The notes beneath the pieces were generated by a model. It did no database searches, was not told where the DNA came from, and saw only the letters and a list, made by a program, of their open reading frames with translations. A DNA stretch of 37,478 nt from a virus. A program made the translations under genes and the position numbers. Position 1 is the stretch's first letter. Every line of letters begins with the position of its first letter. The stretch is taken from the IMG/VR virus record IMGVR_UViG_3300045988_123091, positions 1 to 37,478 of that record, one strand, 5' to 3'. Below, piece after piece: positions 1 to 7,500 of the stretch.

Positions 1-55
1 CAAACTTCATTTTATGCACCTCCTTCATTTGACATTTAAAGTTTAACTTTATTAA
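1..55. repeat. Terminal direct repeat, copy 1 (identical to 37424..37478); the contig closes on itself
   Basis: The first 55 nt (caaacttcattttatgcacc...aactttattaa) recur exactly as the last 55 nt of the window. Confidence 0.95.
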
Positions 56-149
56 GCTTATTTGTCAACATATTTGTTTAATTTTATTGAACTTGCATGT
101 TGATTTGTTCGATTCTGTTCAATATAATTAAATTGTGAGGTATATTACT
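11..149. promoter_or_regulatory. Divergent switch region between the cro-like (-) and cI-like (+) genes
   Basis: Rightward promoter candidate: TTGATT (100-105), 17 nt, TATAAT (123-128). Leftward candidate: TTGACA (minus strand, 63-68), 17 nt, TAAACT (40-45). A perfect 15-bp palindrome TAAAGTTTAACTTTA at 37-51 overlaps the leftward -10. Confidence 0.45.
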
Positions 150-497
150 ATGTCAGAAATTAAAGATAGAATTATTGAAGCATTAAAATACAATCGAATG
201 ACAGCGAAGGAACTTAGTGACAAGACTGGTATTCCAAAATCTTCTATATCTCAATATATGAGTGGTTATGCAAAACCTAAACAAGATAGAATATATCTAA
301 TTGCCAAAGCTCTTCATGTTGACGAAGCATGGCTAATCGGCTATGACGTTCCAATGATAAAAGATACGCTTCAACAAGATGTTTCTCCCAAAGAAAAAAA
401 TCTCTTGGAAATATATCGTGACCTGGATGATAAAGGCCAACACACCGTGGATACAGTTGCTCGCATGGAACTGGATCGGGTTAAAGGAGATAAGTAA
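150..497 (+). CDS. XRE-family HTH repressor (CI-like)
   Basis: N-terminal HTH pattern (MTAKELSDKTGIPKSSISQYMSG...IYLIAKALHVDEAWLIG). GAGGT RBS 8-9 nt before the ATG at 150; the track's GTG at 135 is less likely. Divergent from a cro-like gene. Confidence 0.75.
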   Translation: MSEIKDRIIEALKYNRMTAKELSDKTGIPKSSISQYMSGYAKPKQDRIYLIAKALHVDEAWLIGYDVPMIKDTLQQDVSPKEKNLLEIYRDLDDKGQHTVDTVARMELDRVKGDK

Positions 498-570
498 AAT
501 GGGTTGATTAGATAAAAATGAATTATAGGAAAAAATAAAAAGAACATTATAGAAAAAGGGGTTAAGAGTT

Positions 571-993
571 ATGACACAGAGAAAAAAAGAATTTATTGGT
601 TCGATACTTATGTGGGTATCGTTGGCAGCTACATTAGTTTATTTGATATTAGCCATTGTTGTATTATTCGATACGCTAGATATTAAGGATGGATTTGAAC
701 AATTAGGAGCATTGATTGCGTTAAGGTATTTAATGCCATTCACTATCTGTATGGTAGTGAACTTCTTCTTGACTGGTGTTGGTGCAATTTCTAAGAATTG
801 GATTGTGACATTGATTTCGTGCATATTGTATTTTGTATCGATATTACTTGTTCCAGAGCGATTCTATTGTTCAACATTACAGGGAATCTTATCTTTAATC
901 GCAATCTTCATGTTTTTCAATCGTGGTAGAGTTATTGAAGAAGATGAGGACAAGGAAGAAGTTGTGTTGCCTGACTTACCAATTCAAGACTAA
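571..993 (+). CDS. Multi-pass membrane protein with acidic tail, co-oriented with the repressor (possible superinfection-exclusion function)
   Basis: Four hydrophobic helices and an acidic EEDEDKEE C-terminus. GGGG/AAGAG RBS region. Sits downstream of the cI-like gene. Confidence 0.55.
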   Translation: MTQRKKEFIGSILMWVSLAATLVYLILAIVVLFDTLDIKDGFEQLGALIALRYLMPFTICMVVNFFLTGVGAISKNWIVTLISCILYFVSILLVPERFYCSTLQGILSLIAIFMFFNRGRVIEEDEDKEEVVLPDLPIQD

Positions 994-1134
994 AGGGTTG
1001 AATTTAAATTTATATCAATTATAATTTAATTGAATTATGGCCTTAGCGCCGAAATTTCGGTGATACATATTAATACCGTATGTAGGCACCGCAGGTATTT
1101 ATTTTGGTAACGCATTTGTGGGTACCGCTGATAT

Positions 1135-1170
1135 GAAAAAAAGCTGTTCTATGATGAACGGCTTTTTTTA
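1135..1170 (+). terminator. Rho-independent terminator after the repressor operon (A-tract upstream, so possibly bidirectional)
   Basis: Stem aagctgttc / gaacggctt (one G-T pair), 6-nt loop, then a T7 run. Confidence 0.5.
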
Positions 1171-1281
1171 TTGAGTCTAAAACCATTTCGTTGACGTCAA
1201 CAAAATGGTAATAAATTGAAAATGATGCTTATAACCATGTCGCCAGCATGAGCGAGATGGTAAAAAAATGGTGGTCTTTTA

Positions 1282-1311
1282 ATAAAAAACGCCTGGACTT
1301 TTACATCCAGG
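1282..1311 (-). terminator. Terminator of the integrase gene
   Basis: Minus strand reads cctgga-tgtaaaag-tccagg followed by cgTTTTTTATT. The int stop codon lies in the loop. Confidence 0.55.
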
Positions 1312-2407
1312 TGTTCTTGTTTTTATCCATGAAATTAACAATATCTTTGTCAGCTTGTGGTAACCAGTGTGCATATACTTGTAATACTGTGTCTAATTCG
1401 TCGCCTAAGCGCTTTGCGATGTCATAGACGGAGAAATTGACCTTTCCCTCTGTAACCATATTGTTTATCATATAAGACGCGCTAGAGTGCCTTAAATCGT
1501 GCATTCGTAGCATTGGTATCTTATCTTCATCTTTTAATCGTTTATTTAATGCATTTACATTGTTCTGTAATTGCTTTGTCACCTTTGACCTACTGAACGG
1601 CATGTCTATGCCAAAGATGTATGAGTCGTCTGGAACATCCAGTCTCGACTTTAGTGCTTTGTATTCATCGGCCAAAAATTGTGGCATGCTTATCTGCCTG
1701 TAGCTGTTTGGTGTTTTTGGTGTTGTGCACTTTCTAAGCTTGTCGTTCCATGTTTTGTTGATTGTGATTGTGTTGTTTTCAAAATCTAAATCTTTCCATT
1801 GAAGAGCAAGTGCTTCTCCAATACGTGTGCCCATGTAGAATTGGTTGCTGAACAATAGATGAAAGATTGTTGAATCAACGTTGTTTATAAATTTGTTGAA
1901 TTGTTCTTCTGTCCAAAATACCATTTCTTCTTTATGAAGGTTTGGGTCTTTTTTTAGATCAACCTTATTACATGGATTGGTTGTTATGTACTCATGCTTC
2001 GTAGCATAGCGCATAAGGACGCATAGACGCATATAATACTCATTCACAGTAGAATACTTCTTGTCGATAAGAAGTCGCTCTAAAACGTTCTGAACGTCTT
2101 CTGAGGTGATGTCTCTTAAAGCTTTATCACCAAGTGCATTTCTCCACACGTTAAATTCAACTCTATGATTGTTGTAGGTTGATTCTTTGATTCTCTTTTC
2201 TGAGTATTCTTGATATATGTCTATCATTGTACTCAGTGTCATTGTAGAGCCTGGATTCATCAAACTCTCTTTGAATTGTATCTCTGCTTTTATTGCATCT
2301 TGTTTTCTGTCAAAACCACGTTTCTTATATTGCTTTGTCTGATTTCCTACTTTATAGGAACCGTAGTAATACCATTTGTTTGTGTTGTTGTCTCTTTTTA
2401 CCGCCAT
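1301..2407 (-). CDS. int: Phage integrase, tyrosine recombinase family
   Basis: C-terminal catalytic pattern: GTRIGEALAL (Arg), HDLRHSSAS (H-x-x-R), VYAHW (Tyr). N-terminal arm/SAM-like region. GGAGGAAAA RBS before the ATG at 2407; the track's 2449 start is an upstream extension. Confidence 0.85.
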   Translation of the reverse strand: MAVKRDNNTNKWYYYGSYKVGNQTKQYKKRGFDRKQDAIKAEIQFKESLMNPGSTMTLSTMIDIYQEYSEKRIKESTYNNHRVEFNVWRNALGDKALRDITSEDVQNVLERLLIDKKYSTVNEYYMRLCVLMRYATKHEYITTNPCNKVDLKKDPNLHKEEMVFWTEEQFNKFINNVDSTIFHLLFSNQFYMGTRIGEALALQWKDLDFENNTITINKTWNDKLRKCTTPKTPNSYRQISMPQFLADEYKALKSRLDVPDDSYIFGIDMPFSRSKVTKQLQNNVNALNKRLKDEDKIPMLRMHDLRHSSASYMINNMVTEGKVNFSVYDIAKRLGDELDTVLQVYAHWLPQADKDIVNFMDKNKNTWM

Positions 2408-2762
2408 TTTTCCTCCAGTAGCTAGAGTATAAAAATAAAAATATGCCAATTTTATGCCATTTTATATAATATTGCTTTATTTAAAGCAAAACAGTTTTTT
2501 AACTAAAAAAATTAAAATTCTCTCTATATTATATATATGTCTCTAGCTACTCTTATATTCTCACATTTATATTCTATTTTCTATATTTTCTCTATAAAAT
2601 TTTATTTTTTAGAAAAATTTATGCCAAAAATTATGCCAATAAATCTCGAAAAATATGCCAGTGTTTTGGACAACAAAAAAAACGCAGAAACTGCGCTTAT
2701 ATTTAATGTTCGAATTCCTTACTATATTATATAAAAAAAGAATAAAATAATTTATATAATGC

Positions 2763-2791
2763 TTGCATATATGCTAGCAATATGCTATAAT
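2763..2791 (+). promoter_or_regulatory. Near-consensus sigma-70/SigA promoter
   Basis: TTGCAT (2763-2768), 17 nt, TATAAT (2786-2791). It lies about 20 nt upstream of an AGGAGGTG RBS. Confidence 0.55.
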
Positions 2792-2813
2792 ATACATGTA
2801 AGGAGGTGAAGAG

Positions 2814-2924
2814 ATGAATGAGAAAAAGAAAAGCTCCAAAATCGATTGGACATCGCTAATTATTCAAGCAATTTTGGAGTTAATCGTTGGGGTAATCGTT
2901 CAGATTATTGGGAAGTACTTATAA
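2814..2924 (+). CDS. 36-aa small hydrophobic peptide (MNEKKKSSKIDWTSLIIQAILELIVGVIVQIIGKYL), absent from the ORF track
   Basis: AAGGAGGTG RBS 5 nt before the ATG. Basic N-terminus plus a single TM helix. Directly downstream of the strong promoter. Confidence 0.4.
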   Translation: MNEKKKSSKIDWTSLIIQAILELIVGVIVQIIGKYL

Positions 2925-3053
2925 CTTCCCTCCCTCAACTATATTATACTTATTCATTTAAAATTATGCTAGAACTTTTAGGAAGACTTTTGGTATTAAG
3001 CGCATTAATTAAATTACTTTATGCTATGTATTTAAAACACAAAGGAGAATAAT

Positions 3054-3617
3054 ATGAGACCACAAGACAGATACAACGAAAAAATGACGATTATTTCTGC
3101 ACGATTCAAAAATGAATTTGCCGATGAATTTAAAAAAGCTTGTAAAGCTTTAGGAGTTTCACAAGCAGATGTTATTAGAAATGCAATGAATCAAACAATT
3201 GAGAAGGCTAATGCATTAGATGAGTTGAATATGTTTAGCATTGACAAGATGAATCAGGATGAGGCATACTTCAACCAATTCATCCAGGAATTAAAAGATT
3301 ATGATGATTTTGGAAAATTCAAAGGATATTTTGGAAAAGCTTCAGATGTTGAAGATAGAATTTGTGAATTAAATACATCATGTGAAATCTATACTGAAGT
3401 TAATGGATCATACGAATGTGCAAGCAATGATAAAGAAATTCATGATGAGTTTGGTTCTGATGATAATCACAAAATCAACGGATATATTGCCATCGAAGTT
3501 GGACATGGAAAACACGTAAAAATGTATGGTGAATATTTCTGTGAAGATTGGGATGATGATGAAGGGGTTTATCAGAATTGTTCATTCGGAAATTACTACG
3601 GAATCGATTTAGATTAA
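3054..3617 (+). CDS. Hypothetical protein with an N-terminal ribbon-helix-helix-like segment and an acidic C-terminal domain
   Basis: AAAGGAGAATAAT RBS. N-terminus (TIISARFKNEFADEFKKACKALGVSQADVIRNAM) resembles CopG/MobC-type RHH. The rest is unrecognised. Confidence 0.5.
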   Translation: MRPQDRYNEKMTIISARFKNEFADEFKKACKALGVSQADVIRNAMNQTIEKANALDELNMFSIDKMNQDEAYFNQFIQELKDYDDFGKFKGYFGKASDVEDRICELNTSCEIYTEVNGSYECASNDKEIHDEFGSDDNHKINGYIAIEVGHGKHVKMYGEYFCEDWDDDEGVYQNCSFGNYYGIDLD

Positions 3618-3630
3618 AGCACAAAAAAAG

Positions 3631-3652
3631 AAGGGCTACACTGTAGCCCTTT
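3631..3652. terminator. Bidirectional rho-independent terminator between the moron operon (+) and the endolysin (-)
   Basis: Hairpin aagggcta-cact-tagccctt flanked by an A7 tract on the left and TTTTG on the right. Confidence 0.6.
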
Positions 3653-3656
3653 TGTG

Positions 3657-5150
3657 TTATTTGAACAACTTGAAAATCTTTTCAACAATTTTTAGGATCA
3701 TCTCGATAATTTTATTGATGCCATTCACGTTGATTTGTTCTTTATCTGTTGAATCATCTTGTTTCGGAATATCTTCAGATGGCTCTTTTTCTTCTTCCTT
3801 TACCGGACTAGATGCATAGAAGCTCACGTCGTGATAGATTACATTCTTATCAAGTGGAGTTGATGTGTATTGGTGCATAACTGCTTTATCTGATTGATCA
3901 GACTGAATCTCTCCGTCATTCGTTCCCCAGTTTGCAACCCACAATGGATGGTCTGTATCTACATACGTTCCAATCCATGATGTAGAAGTATATACACCGG
4001 TGTAATATCCTTTTTCTTTTAGAATATCACAGAATATTTTGCATGAGCGAGTACATCTGTCTTTTGTTAGGATTCCATTCTTTTGTTTATAGTGGTCGGC
4101 ATCTTCCATGTCGAACCACACGCCTAATTTAACATCAATATTCTTTAATAAATCTAAAATGTAGTTAGCTTCTGCTTTTGCCTGTTCATCGTTCAATGCA
4201 TAATCATATAGGTAAACGCCAAAAGGAACATTTGCATTAACACATTTCTGTACGTTCTCTGCAAATTGACTGTCCGTGTGTTCTCCATAAGCTGCACGAA
4301 TAATCACAAAATCATATTTTGATACGTCAATATTCTTATTGTGCTCAGAGATGTCGATTCCGTACCCTTTTACATTTTTTGTGTAATTTGGCTTAGGTTC
4401 GACTGGATCAGGAGCTTTTACATCCTCTTTTTTCTCTTCAATTGCAGAGAAAATGGCCCATACATCCTTTCCGTGAACTTCAGAGTTTGAAATGGCCATA
4501 AACTGAGTTTTATCTTGGCTCACTACATAACGATGACCGTTTGCGACTACTTTATAGTAGTATTCAAATTTATATCCTGAGTTCACTCGCTTTAATACTT
4601 TACCGGTTGGAGACCCTTCACGAATCGCAACAGAATCCACAGTAAGTGTTGCCACTGCGTGCTCCTCGACTAAATTAGATGGATTGTACACAGTAATTGC
4701 AGTGCTAGATGTTGGATGACTGTATCCCTTGAAATGTAACACTCCACAAGAACCGTTATAGGATAATGTTTGAATGTTAGCAGGAGATAAGTTTGTTCCT
4801 TGGTTCATGCCTAAGAATTGTCCTGTTCCGTTACCGTTGTCTTTAATCAGCATAGCAACATGGCCATAATAGACTCCGTTGTACCAACCATATACCGAAT
4901 CCCACACGAACCAATCGCCAGGATGGCCAATTTGTTCGAAATTAAAATAATCACCATATCCAAGTGCTTCTCTTCGATGCCAAATTTCTCGAGCACCTCC
5001 AGAGCCACCAATCGCTCTTCCTGGGTTAGGATATCCGGCTTTCTTCAAGAACTCTTTAAAAAGAGTAACGCACTGATTGTAGTAGCCACCTAGGCTAGAC
5101 GATTTGCCTAGCCATTCATTTTGAAAATCATCTTTTGTGAAGTAGTTCAT
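3657..5150 (-). CDS. Endolysin: N-terminal CHAP peptidase, central SH3-like region, C-terminal GH25 muramidase
   Basis: CHAP Cys/His pattern (YNQCVTLFKEF...YYGHVAMLI). GH25 pattern (KGYGIDISEHNKNID...VIIRAAYG...VPFGVYLYDYA...VWFDMED). Sits immediately after the holin. Confidence 0.85.
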   Translation of the reverse strand: MNYFTKDDFQNEWLGKSSSLGGYYNQCVTLFKEFLKKAGYPNPGRAIGGSGGAREIWHRREALGYGDYFNFEQIGHPGDWFVWDSVYGWYNGVYYGHVAMLIKDNGNGTGQFLGMNQGTNLSPANIQTLSYNGSCGVLHFKGYSHPTSSTAITVYNPSNLVEEHAVATLTVDSVAIREGSPTGKVLKRVNSGYKFEYYYKVVANGHRYVVSQDKTQFMAISNSEVHGKDVWAIFSAIEEKKEDVKAPDPVEPKPNYTKNVKGYGIDISEHNKNIDVSKYDFVIIRAAYGEHTDSQFAENVQKCVNANVPFGVYLYDYALNDEQAKAEANYILDLLKNIDVKLGVWFDMEDADHYKQKNGILTKDRCTRSCKIFCDILKEKGYYTGVYTSTSWIGTYVDTDHPLWVANWGTNDGEIQSDQSDKAVMHQYTSTPLDKNVIYHDVSFYASSPVKEEEKEPSEDIPKQDDSTDKEQINVNGINKIIEMILKIVEKIFKLFK

Positions 5151-5152
5151 GA

Positions 5153-5596
5153 TTAAATCTCTTCCTGATTGATTTTCTTATCAGCCACTTCTAATCCTTT
5201 GATTAGAATTTTCGGTACGTCATAGCCGGCTTCAACAAAGTTTTCGATGATTGATCTTGCTTCATTAACAGTCAAGGAAGCTAAGACGAACCATCCTAAT
5301 AGAGTTGTTAGTGTTAGATCAACTCCGATTGTTTTGCCGATTTCGATAAACCAAGCCGAAATTGCAAAAGCGAATACAATCATCAACCAGTATCCTAGTT
5401 TTTTAAGAACCCCAGTCCATCCTTTGCTGCTATTAGTCTTATGGTTGATGTTTGACTTCATCCATCCTGTAATCCAATCAATTACGTTTAATAATAAAAA
5501 AACGGCGAACAAGAACCAGTGTTCACCGAAAATAAGTGTGAGTAATGCGATGATTGCACCACATACGTTGTTGTAGTAACTAGTAAATACTTTCAT
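5153..5596 (-). CDS. Holin (multi-TM, phage_holin_4/LL-H-like)
   Basis: Three to four TM helices. AAGAGGAGAAAAAAAT RBS before the ATG at 5596. Directly upstream of the endolysin. Confidence 0.7.
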   Translation of the reverse strand: MKVFTSYYNNVCGAIIALLTLIFGEHWFLFAVFLLLNVIDWITGWMKSNINHKTNSSKGWTGVLKKLGYWLMIVFAFAISAWFIEIGKTIGVDLTLTTLLGWFVLASLTVNEARSIIENFVEAGYDVPKILIKGLEVADKKINQEEI

Positions 5597-5723
5597 ATTT
5601 TTTTCTCCTCTTAAAATAAAAAACTGCATCAAATATATGGCGCAGTTGTATATCGTTTGTTTAATTTGTGTTTAATGTGTAAAACCCTCAAAATTTAATA
5701 TGAAAAAAGCGAGGTAAATAAAA

Positions 5724-6618
5724 ATGCTATATTCTGACAAATTAACATCCTGGTTAAAGGAGAAGAAAATCTATCTAAAATACAGCACTTATACGAATTA
5801 TTGTAATGTGATTATGAATCACATAATGCCTGACTTAGGCGATTATCAAATTGAAGAATTGAATAACGACATCCTCCAGGAGATGATTCTTAAGAAAATT
5901 GAATGTGGCCGTAAAGATGGAAAAGGTGGCATATCATTTAAATATGCGAAGGACATCATTCAATTATTAAAATTTACACTTCCGTTTAAAGTCGAAATAC
6001 AATTACCGTATCATCCACCTAAGGCGGTCGAAATTTTTTGATAAAGAGAATCAAATAACATTGATTAATCACCTCCAATCTGAAATCAACTATAAGAACT
6101 TTGGCATTCTTTTGTGCATCCACACTGGCATCCGAATTGGAGAACTGTGCGCTCTTAAGTGGAGTGATATCAATGTCCAAAGTAAATTGTTAAAAATAGA
6201 TAAAACAATGATAAGAACGTATACAAAAGAAGACGGTAGTCACTTATATGTGACACCACCTAAATCGAGATCAAGCACACGTATGATTCCATTGAATACG
6301 TGGATTATGTATTATGCGATACTACTTCAAGGTGAAGAAGATAATTACATATTAACTAATCGAGATAAACCGATAGAGCCTAACAAATATAGGCTTTACT
6401 ACAATAGAATTCTGAAAGAACTTGAGCTACCACATCGTAAATTCCATGCACTCAGACATACATTTGCGACAAGGTGCATTGAATGTGGATGCGACTACAA
6501 ATCATTAAGTGAATTACTCGGCCATTCAAATGTATCAATTACTATGAATATATATGTCCACCCACAAATGGAATTGAAGCGAAAATGCGTCGAGCTGCTT
6601 TGCGATTACTACAAGTAA
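5724..6618 (+). CDS. Shufflon-associated tyrosine recombinase, reading frame interrupted at a T6 tract (6034-6039)
   Basis: The 5724-6041 ORF encodes an N-terminal SAM-like/core-binding domain. The 6061-6618 ORF carries the catalytic residues: TGIRIGEL (Arg), HALRHTF (H-x-x-R), GHSNV, NIYVH (Tyr). The second frame is open back to 6001 and reads ...KFFDKENQITLINHL. One T fewer would join the two as ...KAVEIFDKENQITLINHLQSE. The gene ends 2 nt before crossover site S1. Confidence 0.8.
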
Positions 6619-6620
6619 AT

Positions 6621-6633
6621 GTATGTCTTTTAC
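6621..6633 (+). repeat. Crossover site S1 (GTATGTCTTTTAC)
   Basis: 13-mer at the start of cassette A. Confidence 0.8.
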
Positions 6634-6943
6634 TGCCAACAAAACAGACGGTACTTATTGTAAAAAGATTACTAAAGATAATATTCCAAATTACATGTTA
6701 GGAAAAATTCCGGCTATTGTACCGACAAATCACTTTGATTGGGATAACATTGGCGTTTACGGCGAAGTTCTAGGAAAAATCCCTAAAGGTGAATTTGGTA
6801 TAAAACCGTATTCTGAAAATAGGGTTGTAGGAGACGACTCTGTAAACCAATATGGTTGGCGTTTAATGACAGATGGAAAGAATGAACCGTTAAATGTTAT
6901 ACAGCCTTTTATTGTCACTTTCTTTTGGAAGAGAGTCAAATAG
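6623..6943 (+). CDS. Silent tail-fibre C-terminal cassette A (class lacking the HxH motif)
   Basis: MSFTANKTDG...IPNYMLGKIP...QYGWRLMTDGKNEPLNVIQPFIVTFFWKRVK. Most similar to cassette G. Confidence 0.75.
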   Translation: MSFTANKTDGTYCKKITKDNIPNYMLGKIPAIVPTNHFDWDNIGVYGEVLGKIPKGEFGIKPYSENRVVGDDSVNQYGWRLMTDGKNEPLNVIQPFIVTFFWKRVK

Positions 6944-6944
6944 C

Positions 6945-7220
6945 CTATTTTATTCGGCGCCAAAAATATACTACAATATAAGGCTGAATATTGTTGTGCT
7001 TATTGTTTTTACCTTCATCCAAAGTTCTAGCTGTCCAGTAATACCCGGGTGATATTTCCATTTCTGATTGATACGTTGAATATTTATTGTCTATCTTTGT
7101 TGTTCCGTTAGTAGTAGAAGTGCGGTCACCTTTTACCGTTGTGTGACTATGAGCAGGCATTTCTTCTACCTTCAATTTATGACTGTATTCTCCACCACTG
7201 CTTTCGGCCGTAAAGGACAT
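6945..7220 (-). CDS. Silent tail-fibre C-terminal cassette B
   Basis: MSFTAESSGGEYSHKLKVEEMPAHSHT...KHNNIQPYIVVYFWRRIK (second half of a tail-collar-type domain). Confidence 0.75.
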   Translation of the reverse strand: MSFTAESSGGEYSHKLKVEEMPAHSHTTVKGDRTSTTNGTTKIDNKYSTYQSEMEISPGYYWTARTLDEGKNNKHNNIQPYIVVYFWRRIK

Positions 7221-7222
7221 AC
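7210..7222 (-). repeat. Crossover site S2 (GTATGTCCTTTAC on the minus strand)
   Basis: 13-mer at the start of cassette B. It is 18 bp from S3, in divergent orientation. Confidence 0.8.
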
Positions 7223-7240
7223 TTTTAATTAAGCTTATAT

Positions 7241-7253
7241 GTATGTCCTTTAC
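7241..7253 (+). repeat. Crossover site S3 (GTATGTCCTTTAC)
   Basis: 13-mer at the start of cassette C. Confidence 0.8.
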
Positions 7254-7500
7254 TACAAATTCTCAAGGCGGAGAATATAGACATAAGCTAGATATTTCAG
7301 AAATGCCTAAGCATGATCATGGACTAGCTTTATCTTCGACTGGTCAATTGCAAGACGACTTTAATGATGCGGTTAGTTCTGACTGGACGGAAAATTATAG
7401 GGTGAATAATAATTCTATATACAATAATACAGGTGAAGATAAGCCACATAATAACATTCAACCGTATATTGTTACGTATTTTTGGAAAAGAACTATTTAA
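7243..7500 (+). CDS. Silent tail-fibre C-terminal cassette C
   Basis: MSFTTNSQGGEYRHKLDISEMPKHDHG...PHNNIQPYIVTYFWKRTI. Closest to the currently expressed cassette. Confidence 0.75.
   Translation: MSFTTNSQGGEYRHKLDISEMPKHDHGLALSSTGQLQDDFNDAVSSDWTENYRVNNNSIYNNTGEDKPHNNIQPYIVTYFWKRTI

Noticed and set aside
1021-1135. GC-richer stretch downstream of the membrane-protein gene that looked tRNA-like
   Set aside because: I could not fold a cloverleaf with acceptor, anticodon and T arms by eye. It is kept only as possible host-identity or att-related sequence.
2537-2734. 65-aa plus-strand ORF in the int upstream region
   Set aside because: Extremely AT-rich and low-complexity (Phe/Ile/Tyr runs), with no RBS. 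It overlaps the TATGCCA repeat clusters and is most likely non-coding regulatory DNA.
2846-3052. 68-aa ORF between the small peptide gene and the RHH gene
   Set aside because: It starts at a non-ATG codon inside the better-supported 36-codon ORF, has no RBS and has implausible composition. A shorter internal 28-codon hydrophobic ORF (from the ATG near 2966) also lacks an RBS.
5724-6618. Gin/Cin/Hin-type serine invertase, as in the Mu and P1 fibre switches
   Set aside because: The protein has the R...H-x-x-R...H...Y tyrosine-recombinase signature and a SAM-like N-terminal domain. It lacks the N-terminal catalytic serine resolvase fold and the C-terminal HTH.
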